Shown in pieces: positions 47,386-56,880 of a DNA stretch of 64,000 bases; the stretch's first letter is position 1, and every line of letters starts with the position of its first letter. The stretch comes from Planctomycetota bacterium. Lineage in GTDB: Bacteria > Planctomycetota > PLA2 > JAEUHO01. The position numbers were made by a program, and so were the translations under genes. Location: positions 2,688,001 to 2,752,000 of the forward strand of contig CBDCTJ010000007.1 in the NCBI GenBank assembly GCA_965222115.1. The letters are read 5' to 3'. A model generated the notes under the pieces. That model was not told the DNA's origin. It ran no database searches and saw nothing but the letters and a program-made list of their open reading frames with translations.

Positions 47386-49317
47386 ATGGCGGCAGCCGCC
47401 GTTCGACGCATCATTTTGGGAACTGCCGGGCACATCGACCACGGCAAGACCTCGCTCGTCAAGCGTCTCACCGCCAGTGAGGAGGCCGATCGCCTGCCCG
47501 AAGAGCGCACGCGTGGCATGACGATCGATATCGGCTATGCCACATTCATGTTGCCCGACGGCACGGAAGCCGGGTTGCTCGACGTGCCGGGTCACGAGAG
47601 TTTCGTCCACACGATGGTGGCGGGCGCCACGGCGATGGACGTTGCCCTACTCGTCGTGGCGGCCGACGACGGTCCCATGCCCCAAACCCGCGAACACATT
47701 GAGATTCTGGATGTGCTCGGCGTGAACCGGTTGGTCGTTGCGCTGACCAAGATCGACCTCGTGGATGCGGACATGGTCGAACTCGCCACCGAAGCGGTCA
47801 ACGAACTGGTCGAGACCACCTCATTGAAGGGCGCGCCCGTCGTTCCCGTCAGTTCGGAAACGGGCGAGGGTTTTGACGCACTCAAGAAGGCCATCGTCGG
47901 AGCAATTCCGAAGAGCCGGAAGGCCAAGGAGAGTCGCTTCGCCTTCCGCATGCCGATTCTGCGACGCTTCGATGTGGCGGGCCGGGGCGTCGTGGTGACC
48001 GGTATTCCGTTGTCCGGACACATCGCGGTGGGGGACGGGATTGAGATTCAGCCCATTGGCGCGCCGTGCCGGGTGCGGAGCATTCAAGTCCATCATCGCG
48101 AAGCCGAGGAGGCGCGCGCGGGTCATCGCACGGCCATGGCGATCAGCGACGTGAAAGCGAGTGCCATTCGTCGCGGCATGGTGGTGAGTCAAGCGGGACT
48201 TGTAGCGCCCACCACACGACTCGTCGCTCGCCTAGATTTGCTGGAGAGCGCCCGCAAGCCCATCCAACATCGTGATCGCGTTCGTCTTCACCTGGGGGCG
48301 TCGCAAACCGTCGCGCAAGTCCACTTGCCCTTGCGCAAAGCGGTTCCACCGGGGTCGAGTGAAATCGTGGAGCTTCAGGCAGTAGCCCCTGTGATCGCCC
48401 TTCCGGGGGACGCCATGGTGCTGCGCGAAGAGAATGCGGCATCAACACTGGGTGGTGGCGTGGTGATTGAGCCTCTAGCGCGTCGGCTCCCCAGTAAACG
48501 GCAGGGGCTAATCGATCGTTTGCGCGACCGCACAAATCACTTGGACTCTCCCAAACATCTCGTGGAGGCCATAGTCGAGGCCGCGGGGATGGATGGCTTG
48601 CTTGAGAGCGAGATCACGAAAACCACCTCGATTGTGCCCAAAGCGCTTTCCGGACTCATGCAGGGGCTTGCGGGCAAAAACACGTTGCGGCCCATCGGTC
48701 GCTCCGGTCGTTGGATCGCCCCCGGCCACTTTGGTTCGGTTCGGGATCGCATTGTCGAAGTCGTCAAGCGCCTGCACACCAAAGACGAAGCGGTGGATAG
48801 CTTGCCCATTGCACAGATTCGAAGTTCGCTTGGGCGCATTCACGAAGCCGTCTTCGATGAGGCCCTGCGTTCACTCACCGATGATGGGGAGTTGGTGCGC
48901 ACAGCGGGCGGCACCATCTACCACCATGAACACAGCTCCGAGCTACCTCCCAAGGACAAAGCCGTTTGCGAGCGCGTAATCAATGTGTTGGCGAAAGCCG
49001 AAGGGCGACCGCCAAGCGAAGAAGATCTTGCGGGTTTGGCGGGAATCTCCTCGTCGGACTTGAAGCGTGCGCTGCGGCTACTTGCGGCGCGAAATCTCAT
49101 TCTTCGAGCCGAACCCTATTGGTTTGAAGGCGCGTGGGTCGAGCAGTCCAAGTTGAAACTGGCCGAGATTGCCAAAGCACAAGGTGGATTTTCGCCGGCG
49201 GATGCCCGCAGCGCGCTTGACACAACGCGCAAGTGGATCATTCCGCTGCTTGAAGCGCTCGACAAAACGGGCTTCTCACGTCGGGCGGGCTCGAAGCGCG
49301 TCCTCCGCTCGAACTAA
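47386..49317 (+). CDS. selB: selenocysteine-specific elongation factor
   Basis: [32 protein letters not shown]-terminal winged helix [12 protein letters not shown]. Confidence 0.95.
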   Translation: MAAAAVRRIILGTAGHIDHGKTSLVKRLTASEEADRLPEERTRGMTIDIGYATFMLPDGTEAGLLDVPGHESFVHTMVAGATAMDVALLVVAADDGPMPQTREHIEILDVLGVNRLVVALTKIDLVDADMVELATEAVNELVETTSLKGAPVVPVSSETGEGFDALKKAIVGAIPKSRKAKESRFAFRMPILRRFDVAGRGVVVTGIPLSGHIAVGDGIEIQPIGAPCRVRSIQVHHREAEEARAGHRTAMAISDVKASAIRRGMVVSQAGLVAPTTRLVARLDLLESARKPIQHRDRVRLHLGASQTVAQVHLPLRKAVPPGSSEIVELQAVAPVIALPGDAMVLREENAASTLGGGVVIEPLARRLPSKRQGLIDRLRDRTNHLDSPKHLVEAIVEAAGMDGLLESEITKTTSIVPKALSGLMQGLAGKNTLRPIGRSGRWIAPGHFGSVRDRIVEVVKRLHTKDEAVDSLPIAQIRSSLGRIHEAVFDEALRSLTDDGELVRTAGGTIYHHEHSSELPPKDKAVCERVINVLAKAEGRPPSEEDLAGLAGISSSDLKRALRLLAARNLILRAEPYWFEGAWVEQSKLKLAEIAKAQGGFSPADARSALDTTRKWIIPLLEALDKTGFSRRAGSKRVLRSN

Positions 49318-49336
49318 CGAGTTCGAGCTAGCGGCT

Positions 49337-50323
49337 CTACTTCTTGCGCGTGGCCGAATTGCTTGAGGACGATTTGCGTGCTGCTGGTGGCGAGAAGGTC
49401 TTTGGCTTGAGCTGTGCATTGACGCGAATCACATTGGGAAACGCAAGCAAGAAACGCTTCATCTGCGCACCGGGACGTGCCTGCGTGTAGGCCTCGATAC
49501 GGCCGGGGTAGCGGAACTGGGGTCCCTGTTTCCACTCTTGCAAGAGGTAATACTCAGTCGGCTCCCCGCGTTCGGGACGGCCCACAACGGTCACGATGCC
49601 CGGATGATTGACGCGGCGAATGCGCCCGTACTGATCTTCTTCATGGGCGAAGAAAAACACGATCGTGGCGCCACCGGGCACCTCGCGCGTGATTTGAACC
49701 CACTTGCCGGCAAAGGTGGACGAGCCCTTCTTCTTTCCATCAAAGGAGAACTTTACGCCGGGTCCCTTGAGACCCTGAAGCGTGACGAACTTGCTGAGGT
49801 CGGCGAGGCGCGTGCGGTCCTTCCGAAGTTGGTTGATGGCTTTGGCGCCACCTTCCTTGCCGTGCATGCGCGTGACACGCCCATTGGACGAGACGACCCA
49901 CATCTTGTCGCCATTGAGAATCTTGGTGGTGGTGTTGCGCAGAGGCTTGCGGGGGCGAATTTCGAAGCGGTACTTATCGGGATCCTGAAACCAAAGCCGC
50001 ACGAAGCCCTCTTGGTGCTGGGCGTCCACCTTCATCTGCACGTCTTCAAGGTCGCAGTAGAAATTGTTGACATCGGGTATTCGTCCGCGTCCTGCACTGA
50101 CCCATGCAATGGCTTGATCGAAGTATTGCGCGCCGAGTTTGTAGTCGGGTTTACGTGGTGCCGTGCTTGCGGGCTTTGCCTTGACGGGTGCCGATGCGCC
50201 GCCACGGGCCTCAACGCTGGATGGTGCACCTATGAATACGCTCAAGGCAAGAATGGCTGCGGCGCTTCCGAGCACGAGCCCGCGTCTCATGGATGCGCTG
50301 AAAAACGTTGTCTTCTTGCTCAT
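49337..50323 (-). CDS. exported LolA-like beta-rich protein
   Basis: signal peptide ending VEA; LWFQDPDKYRFE, KILNGDKMW. Confidence 0.65.
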   Translation of the reverse strand: MSKKTTFFSASMRRGLVLGSAAAILALSVFIGAPSSVEARGGASAPVKAKPASTAPRKPDYKLGAQYFDQAIAWVSAGRGRIPDVNNFYCDLEDVQMKVDAQHQEGFVRLWFQDPDKYRFEIRPRKPLRNTTTKILNGDKMWVVSSNGRVTRMHGKEGGAKAINQLRKDRTRLADLSKFVTLQGLKGPGVKFSFDGKKKGSSTFAGKWVQITREVPGGATIVFFFAHEEDQYGRIRRVNHPGIVTVVGRPERGEPTEYYLLQEWKQGPQFRYPGRIEAYTQARPGAQMKRFLLAFPNVIRVNAQLKPKTFSPPAARKSSSSNSATRKK

Positions 50324-50573
50324 GGCACTTCCTCGTTTTGGCCGCTTCAACCGCGCCCACCTGATATGAGATTCACGTCCCTGCACGTGTGTATCGGCGT
50401 CATCTTAGCCCGTTGGCACGCAGGGTCCTCGTCTGGTTCAGGCAAAATGAACGACAGGCAAAATGAACGAACCGAGCGCGACGGTCTGGTGGGCGTTGCC
50501 TTCGATTCGCAAAAACGAAGTAAACGCCCGAATACGCCGATGAACGTTCCGAGTCCCAAGTCCTTTCGCCGCG

Positions 50574-51608
50574 TTACCGGCGCGGGCGCTGAAAACGTGT
50601 CGGGTCGATGCCGGCGTTGATTTTGATATCGCGCACGGTGGCCTGAAGGAATCGCGCGGGCGAACCTCCCGGCCTCAGGGAATAGGCCTCAATCTGACGG
50701 GGATAGCGAAACGTTCTGGGCTGACGGGGGTCCGAATCGCGCCAATCGCGGAGGATGTAATCCTCGGTGGGGATGCGTTGGCGTGGATCGCCGTCGATGC
50801 GAACGATGCCCGGATAGCGCACGACGTACTGCCCTTGCTGATTACGAGAGTAGGCGAGCCAGAAGTGCATCGTGGCAGCGCCGGGTGCGCGACGCGTGAT
50901 CTTAAGCCAGTTACCTGCGTAGCTGCCGGTGCCGCGCTTTTCGCCTTTGAAGATGAATGAAGCGCCCGGCTTCTTAAGTGCGCCCAACGTCATGAACTTG
51001 GCGAGGTCGCCCAAGCGATCTCGGTCATTTTTCAACTGCGTAATCGTGCGCCGCGCGCCTTCCTTGCCATGCACGCGCGAGACGCGCCCACGCGGATCGA
51101 CAATCCACATGAAATCGGCATTGAGGATCTTTGTAGTTCGGGCGCCCTGAAGCGTGAGTTCTTGACGGAACTTATCGGGCTGTTGCCACCAAATGCGCAT
51201 GGGTCCCGTGTGGCTTGAGCCTGGCAGGACGATGTGGGCGTCCAGGTTGATGTAAAAATCGGATGTGTGTTGAATGCCCGTGGAACCCTTGGAAACCCAA
51301 CGAACGCATTGATCAAAGAGCGCGGGACCCCAGCTTGCGCGACTTGCAGGTCGGGGCGCCGCGGTTCCGCCCCGTGCCTCGGCATCGCGTGGTGCCTTGA
51401 CGCCATCGCATACGAACGCCGCCGATGCGATGCATACGATGGCCATGCCCTTTGCCAAAGGACCGAGGCATCGACGTGGATCGCGCCATCCATCGCGGCA
51501 CATGCTCGTACGCCTGTTCACATTGCTATTCGAATCGTTCTCGCGGCTCGAATGTTTCCTGCTCGAATGGTTCTTGCTCGAATGGTTCATCGTGCGACCT
51601 GTCTCCAT
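50574..51608 (-). CDS. paralogous exported LolA-like protein
   Basis: IWWQQPDKFRQE, TTKILNADFMW, DRDRLGDLAKF; start uncertain. Confidence 0.65.
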   Translation of the reverse strand: METGRTMNHSSKNHSSRKHSSRENDSNSNVNRRTSMCRDGWRDPRRCLGPLAKGMAIVCIASAAFVCDGVKAPRDAEARGGTAAPRPASRASWGPALFDQCVRWVSKGSTGIQHTSDFYINLDAHIVLPGSSHTGPMRIWWQQPDKFRQELTLQGARTTKILNADFMWIVDPRGRVSRVHGKEGARRTITQLKNDRDRLGDLAKFMTLGALKKPGASFIFKGEKRGTGSYAGNWLKITRRAPGAATMHFWLAYSRNQQGQYVVRYPGIVRIDGDPRQRIPTEDYILRDWRDSDPRQPRTFRYPRQIEAYSLRPGGSPARFLQATVRDIKINAGIDPTRFQRPRR

Positions 51609-52012
51609 CGGTGCAAATCTCCGGTCGTGTGTGCCTCGAACATGCGTCGGTACTTCTGATTGGAACTAGGGTCCGAAAAAAACGCCCAGATCCTCGTTCA
51701 ACCAAAAACTCACGGAAGCCAAAAAACTCACGGAAGCGGGCGTGCCCGGAATCGACGCGCGAGCCGCGGCCCAGCATCGTCCAAACCCGTATGGGGTGCG
51801 TGCCAAGAATCCAGCGTCACTCTACGCGATATTGGGGTCAAACCATCATCTCTCTGTTGCTACCGACGAGATTCCCTCATTCCGACGCCGGGACGAACGA
51901 TCGGTGGGCGCCTCATTCACCAATGTGTCACACAAGTTCGGCCCAATTTCAGCCAAGATGCCGCCCGCGGCGCGGCTTTGTCCGTGAACGCTCACCGCGT
52001 AGACTCGCATCA

Positions 52013-53185
52013 ATGTCATCCATCGCGCGTGATCGCATTCGCCGTTGCCTCGCCATGATTCCCCTCATTCGCGCGCGTCCCGGGATTCGTATTCCCGATT
52101 TGGCGAGCATCTTCGGTGTGCGCGAGGACGAGATTTGGGAGGACATTACCGAAGTCCTCACCATGTGCGGCATTCCACCGTACCTGCCGCACAACTACCT
52201 CGTGTTTTCGATTCTTGGCGATCGCGTGAGCATTCGCTTTGCCGAGCATTTGAGCCGTCCGGTTCACTTGACGCTCCAAGAGGCGTTGGCGATTGACTTG
52301 GCATTACGCAGCGTGTCGGGCGGGCGTGTGCCCACGTTTGGCGATGCGGCGCCACGGCTGCGGAAAACCGTGCGGGGATTGATTCGCGGCAAGGACCGCA
52401 CAGCCCTCGATGTTTTGGATCGCGCTGTAGGCGGCACGGCGCCCACCGATCATGTGACCGGTACGATCGGCGTTCTCAAAGCGGCCATGGCTAGAAACGT
52501 CGCAGTGTCGATTTCCTACTACACCGCCAGCCGTGATGCAGTCAGTGAACGGGTTCTTGAACCCTATGGCCTTATTGATCACAGCGGCCATTGGTACGTC
52601 ATTGGCCGAGACCCCGCACGGAATCGTGAAGCACCGTTTCGCGTGGATCGCATCAATACGGCTGCATTGGTTGAGGGGCATGAATACGAGGTGCCGGACT
52701 CGTTTACGACCGAGTCGTATCGACGTGACGAAATGTGGATTCCGGGCCCCGATGATGTGTTGGTGCGCGTTCGATTCTCAAAACGCGCCGCACCGCGAAT
52801 TCGAGAAGGTGTGCCGAAGAAGTTGATCGAAGAATTGCCAGGCGGTGAAGTGATTCGCACGTTCCGCATCAATGCCGATCGTCCGCGGTGGCTTTACACC
52901 CACATTGCTCGCTACGGATCGCATGCCGAAGTGATGACGCCTGAGCATGTACGTTCGGGAATGGCCGCGTTCCTTGATGAAGTTCTCGGGACGTATGGTG
53001 TTGATGCTCAAGACATGAGTACTAACGGCAAGCGTGGCCAAACACCGGATGATGAAGGGCTAAAGCCCATGACGCCGACCACGCGCAAGGCCGCGGCTTC
53101 GTCTCCGCCACGCCGCTCCGCGTCGGCGCGCCGAGCAACGCGAAAAGCCCCTAAGCGGTCTTCGAGGAAGCGCCCGTCCGAATAA
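52013..53185 (+). CDS. PafC-like HTH-WYL-WCX transcriptional regulator
   Basis: RIRRCLAMIPLI..LASIFGV..LTMCGIP, YYTASRD..ER..EPY, WYVIG, FRVDRI. Confidence 0.88.
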   Translation: MSSIARDRIRRCLAMIPLIRARPGIRIPDLASIFGVREDEIWEDITEVLTMCGIPPYLPHNYLVFSILGDRVSIRFAEHLSRPVHLTLQEALAIDLALRSVSGGRVPTFGDAAPRLRKTVRGLIRGKDRTALDVLDRAVGGTAPTDHVTGTIGVLKAAMARNVAVSISYYTASRDAVSERVLEPYGLIDHSGHWYVIGRDPARNREAPFRVDRINTAALVEGHEYEVPDSFTTESYRRDEMWIPGPDDVLVRVRFSKRAAPRIREGVPKKLIEELPGGEVIRTFRINADRPRWLYTHIARYGSHAEVMTPEHVRSGMAAFLDEVLGTYGVDAQDMSTNGKRGQTPDDEGLKPMTPTTRKAAASSPPRRSASARRATRKAPKRSSRKRPSE

Positions 53186-53348
53186 GCGGGGTGATTCGTC
53201 GTAATTCCCGTTCCCGGTGGCACTTCCGTTTGCGCGTTGCTATCATTTGCGGCTGAAGGTGCTCACTGATTCCGGAGCGTCCGGGCACGTGTGCGCTTCC
53301 CTGGTACCTGCCGGCCATGCTCAGCACTCCGGCATTTGGGGCTCGGCT

Positions 53349-55916
53349 ATGGACTTTGGCTCGCAGACTCGCGCGCAACGCAGAACGAGAATGGTGCTCA
53401 CGCGTTTCGCACTCTTGATCATGGCACTCACGCTCCTGATGGGCGGCGAGGCACGCGCCAAGTCGACCCAAGTGGAGTATCCGGTTCGCGATGGGTTCGA
53501 GTGGCATGAGGCGGGTGAGGGACTCGTGGCCCGCGGAATCAGTTCGCTGCAGATGCACCCCAAGGCCACCGACGAGCTGTGGGCTCACGTGCATGGCGTA
53601 GGTCCGTGTGTCAGCAAGAATGGCGGCGCGTCGTGGACACTGCGCGCCAAAGGCATCCGCGAAGCATTCGACGGACCGTGCTCCATTCAGATTAGTTTCG
53701 ATCACGGCAAGCCCAAGATCATGTATTTGGTGATCGACGGCCATGTGTATCGTTCGACAGATGGCGGTGAGAGCTGGGAAGACTCGTCGAGCGGCGCGCT
53801 CGCATCGCAGCGCTGGGACAAAAAGGAGAGTCGCTCGATGATCCACTCCGTGAGCGTGGATCCCAAGAAGGGCGTTTACCTCATGGCGGGCACCCGCCCG
53901 TCGGCGCGTTTTTACGGCGGATTCTACGTATCACGCGATGCGGGGAAGAGCTGGGAGCAGGTTGCCGGAAGCAACGTGGAAGACTCCGGCCTCGGGTCGC
54001 AAACACGATTCGTGCGCCGAGATCCGCGCACGGAAAAGAACATCTGCATCGCCGGTGATCAGGGACTTTGGTACAGCGATGATCGTGGGAAGACATTCAA
54101 GCGTAACGACCCCGGGCAAGGCAAAGGCTCATCCGAGCCGCACCGCGTCTATTCCCTGAGTCGCTTTGCCAATACGCGTGACCTGTTCGCGGGCACGCCA
54201 TCCGGTGTTTGGCATTCCAAAGATGCGGGAAAGGGATGGGGCAAAAAGCCGGTTGCGCAGGGCACCGTAGTCGCCGCCGAACTCGACCCGTTTGCTCGCT
54301 CGCGCCTCATTATCGTGACGCTTGAACGCGGCATCGAGGTTAGTCAGGACGCGCGTTATAAGCAGTGGAAGCTGATCAAGGGGTCGTATCCGCCTTCGAA
54401 TCTTGGCGCACCGCCGTCCGCTGCGCAAGACGACGCGTCATCAACGGATGATGGCGAGGACAAGCCCGCTGACGATTCGGGTGACAAGAAAGGCAATAAC
54501 AAAAAGGACAGTGACGAAAAGGACCGCGACAAGAAGGGTGGCGACAAAAAAGACGATGCGGGCGATGGCTATGTCCACGCGGGCATTCGCGAGATTCTCT
54601 TTCATCCGCGCGACCGTAAGACGGTGTATTTCGCCTCACCCACCACCGGCCTACACATTAGCCGCGATAGCGGCGAGACCATTAGGCCCGTACTGCCCGG
54701 GACCATCGGGAAGGACAACGCCAACGATCGGCTGATGCCTTCCATCGCCATGCCGCTAACGCTTGTGTCCACCCATCCCGCCACCGGGTGTCGATTGGCG
54801 TTTGACACCGTCGGCGGGGCCTATCACCGCGCCACGGGTGCCGATACATGGTCGCCGCGGGGCACGATGACGACGATGGTTACGGAAATTCGCCCACTGC
54901 GCGCTGCCGGCGAGTGGCTGGCTTTGGGCGACGCGTTGCTGAAGACCGCCGACAATGGAGGCACATGGTCCGTCTTGTATGAGCCGGAGAGCATCGGCGA
55001 CCGCGTTGTGGATGTGAACATTGGCACTGACGGAGCCATGCGTATTCTGCTTGAGCGTCGCGGCAATGTTCTAACGACCACGGATGGCAAGGAGTGGACG
55101 GCCACGAAGAAGGAACCGTTCAATGGAGATACCTTTGCGCGTTCCCTTGCCGTGGATCCTGCAAACAGCGATCACATCGTCATCGCCGCAACCACCCTCA
55201 AGCCCATGTGGATGCGCAGGGATAGGGCGGGCGGTGTGTTCGAGACATGGGACGGCGGCAAGTCGTGGCAATCCATCGCGGAAGGGCTTGCACCCGAAAA
55301 GGATGACAAAGGCGCCGCGAGACTCGCGAAACACGGCTGGAATCGTGGCGTTCTAGCGCGATTTGATTTGGCCAGTGGTCTGCTGCTCTATGGCACCGCC
55401 GACGGACGAATGTATGCGCGCAAGCGTCTGCCCCCGTCAACCCCAAAGAAGGAACTCGATGCGGCCTGGTTGGATTGGGCCGAGGTGAGTCCCAATGTGG
55501 ATGGGATCGGACCGGGGACCTACATCACGGCTTCAACGTATGGAACAAGCGCTGATGGCAGCAAGAGTCACTGCGTAGTTCAGATTGCCGATGATGAGAA
55601 TGGCGCTACGCAACTGCGTGAGATCTCCGGAGCGGGCATCGCAGCACTGTGGAAGCGCGCAAAGGCGTCGGCCACGTCCGACGAAGATGAAGAAAGCGAA
55701 TCGGAAACCGCCGCCGTCTGGGGCACGATTCCCGATGTTGGGACACCACTTTCGTCAATCTCGATTCAAGTAGACAACGCTGCCAAGATCACGGCCACGG
55801 ATGCAAAGCATGCCAAGTCCGTGTTGACCTACGGTGTGCCGCCAAAGAAGCCCGACAAGGAAGATGGTGGCGACGGAGACGACAAAGACGGCGGTGAAGG
55901 GGATTCTGAAGAATAG
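53349..55916 (+). CDS. exported BNR/Ycf48/VPS10-type beta-propeller protein
   Basis: multiple S.DGG.SW (Asp-box) repeats; signal peptide. Confidence 0.85.
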   Translation: MDFGSQTRAQRRTRMVLTRFALLIMALTLLMGGEARAKSTQVEYPVRDGFEWHEAGEGLVARGISSLQMHPKATDELWAHVHGVGPCVSKNGGASWTLRAKGIREAFDGPCSIQISFDHGKPKIMYLVIDGHVYRSTDGGESWEDSSSGALASQRWDKKESRSMIHSVSVDPKKGVYLMAGTRPSARFYGGFYVSRDAGKSWEQVAGSNVEDSGLGSQTRFVRRDPRTEKNICIAGDQGLWYSDDRGKTFKRNDPGQGKGSSEPHRVYSLSRFANTRDLFAGTPSGVWHSKDAGKGWGKKPVAQGTVVAAELDPFARSRLIIVTLERGIEVSQDARYKQWKLIKGSYPPSNLGAPPSAAQDDASSTDDGEDKPADDSGDKKGNNKKDSDEKDRDKKGGDKKDDAGDGYVHAGIREILFHPRDRKTVYFASPTTGLHISRDSGETIRPVLPGTIGKDNANDRLMPSIAMPLTLVSTHPATGCRLAFDTVGGAYHRATGADTWSPRGTMTTMVTEIRPLRAAGEWLALGDALLKTADNGGTWSVLYEPESIGDRVVDVNIGTDGAMRILLERRGNVLTTTDGKEWTATKKEPFNGDTFARSLAVDPANSDHIVIAATTLKPMWMRRDRAGGVFETWDGGKSWQSIAEGLAPEKDDKGAARLAKHGWNRGVLARFDLASGLLLYGTADGRMYARKRLPPSTPKKELDAAWLDWAEVSPNVDGIGPGTYITASTYGTSADGSKSHCVVQIADDENGATQLREISGAGIAALWKRAKASATSDEDEESESETAAVWGTIPDVGTPLSSISIQVDNAAKITATDAKHAKSVLTYGVPPKKPDKEDGGDGDDKDGGEGDSEE

Positions 55917-56014
55917 AAGGGCGGTTGCTCGTCCACCCTTCGGTGCGCACTGCGCGGATCAAAGATCCGCCGGTGCTTACTCAGGGTCTTCGCGCAAATG
56001 GCAAAGCCATTTGC

Positions 56015-56113
56015 TCTTGACGTCCACGTCCACGAACCGGCGTGAATCGAATATCGGACGCTCACACTTGAGTCCGGGTGACGGATTTCGGGTAACGGGT
56101 GATGGGTGACGGG
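56015..56113 (-). repeat. composite repeat copy F: 5 heptamers, core, (GTGGAC)x2
   Basis: reverse complement cccggactcaagtgtgagcgtccgatattcgattcacgccggttcgtggacgtggacgtcaag. Confidence 0.95.
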
Positions 56114-56172
56114 AGCTTGGAATGCGCGACCGGTTGCTCCAGCGCGATCGGTACGCGCGAACGGCGCTTGTA

Positions 56173-56321
56173 ATGGAACTCCAGCTTGAGAACGGGGTGT
56201 CGCGATCACGCGGACTTCTGTTTGAGCGACCCGCTCGCGTGTGCCCTCCCTCGCCTTCGGCTTCTTTGTGAAGGGCACACGCGAGCAAACGGCTTGCGAT
56301 CCCTTCACGCTGGAGTTCCAT
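56173..56321 (+). promoter_or_regulatory. structured leader sequestering the SD of the four-helix gene
   Basis: 13-bp IR 56173-56185/56309-56321 (contains GGAG); inner 15-bp IR 56233-56247/56272-56286. Confidence 0.8.
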
Positions 56322-56322
56322 C

Positions 56323-56697
56323 ATGACAAGCGCATCTTCCACGCTCGAATACCTCAAACGCTTCGATGTCTATCGTGTGTCGCAAGCCGCGGCGGTCGAG
56401 TGCGTCGCAGTCTGCGCCGCATGGCCTCGGGGCCACGCAAAGCTTGCCGACCAACTCCGGCGCGCAAGCGCCAGCGTTGCACTCAACGTTGCAGAAGGAC
56501 TAGCGAAACGCCGCCCCGCCGAGAAGCGCAAGGCATACGACATCGCCCACGCCGAGTGCACCGAAGCGATCGCTGCGCTACATCACGCCCTTCTCCTCTG
56601 GATCGCGAGCGAGCACGCGACCTCTCGAGCCATGAATAACCTAGAGCGCGCCGCCGCCATGCTATTCGTGCTGCAACGCAAGTTTGGCGATCCTTGA
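56323..56697 (+). CDS. four-helix-bundle protein (23S rRNA IVP / Avd-like), close paralog of 42842-43216
   Basis: 124 aa; 106/124 identical to the 42842-43216 product by manual alignment. Confidence 0.88.
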   Translation: MTSASSTLEYLKRFDVYRVSQAAAVECVAVCAAWPRGHAKLADQLRRASASVALNVAEGLAKRRPAEKRKAYDIAHAECTEAIAALHHALLLWIASEHATSRAMNNLERAAAMLFVLQRKFGDP

Positions 56698-56699
56698 CG

Positions 56700-56809
56700 G
56701 TCCACGTCCACGTCCACGTCCACGTCCACGAACCGGCGCGCATCGAATATCGGACGCTCACACTTGAGCCCGGGTATCGGGGTACGGGTAACGGGTAACG
56801 GGTGACGGG
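56700..56809 (-). repeat. composite repeat copy G: 5 heptamers, core, (GTGGAC)x5
   Basis: GTCCAC x5 at 56700-56729; cggacgctcacacttgagcccggg. Confidence 0.95.
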
Positions 56810-56880
56810 CAACCGAGGCGCGCTGCTTTAGTGCGCGCGCGATTTGCACCCGGCACTATTTTGCGGGTACGGAGGCAAGA

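Noticed and set aside
47386-49317. tRNA-Sec or a selenoprotein near selB
   Set aside because: I found no tRNA cloverleaf or convincing in-frame UGA plus SECIS by eye; not exhaustively excluded.
49538-50620. 360-aa plus-strand ORF
   Set aside because: Antisense shadow of the exported LolA-like gene.
51425-52012. N-terminal 196 aa of the WYL ORF
   Set aside because: Overlaps the opposite-strand gene and intergenic repeats; the PafC-like sequence starts at 52013.
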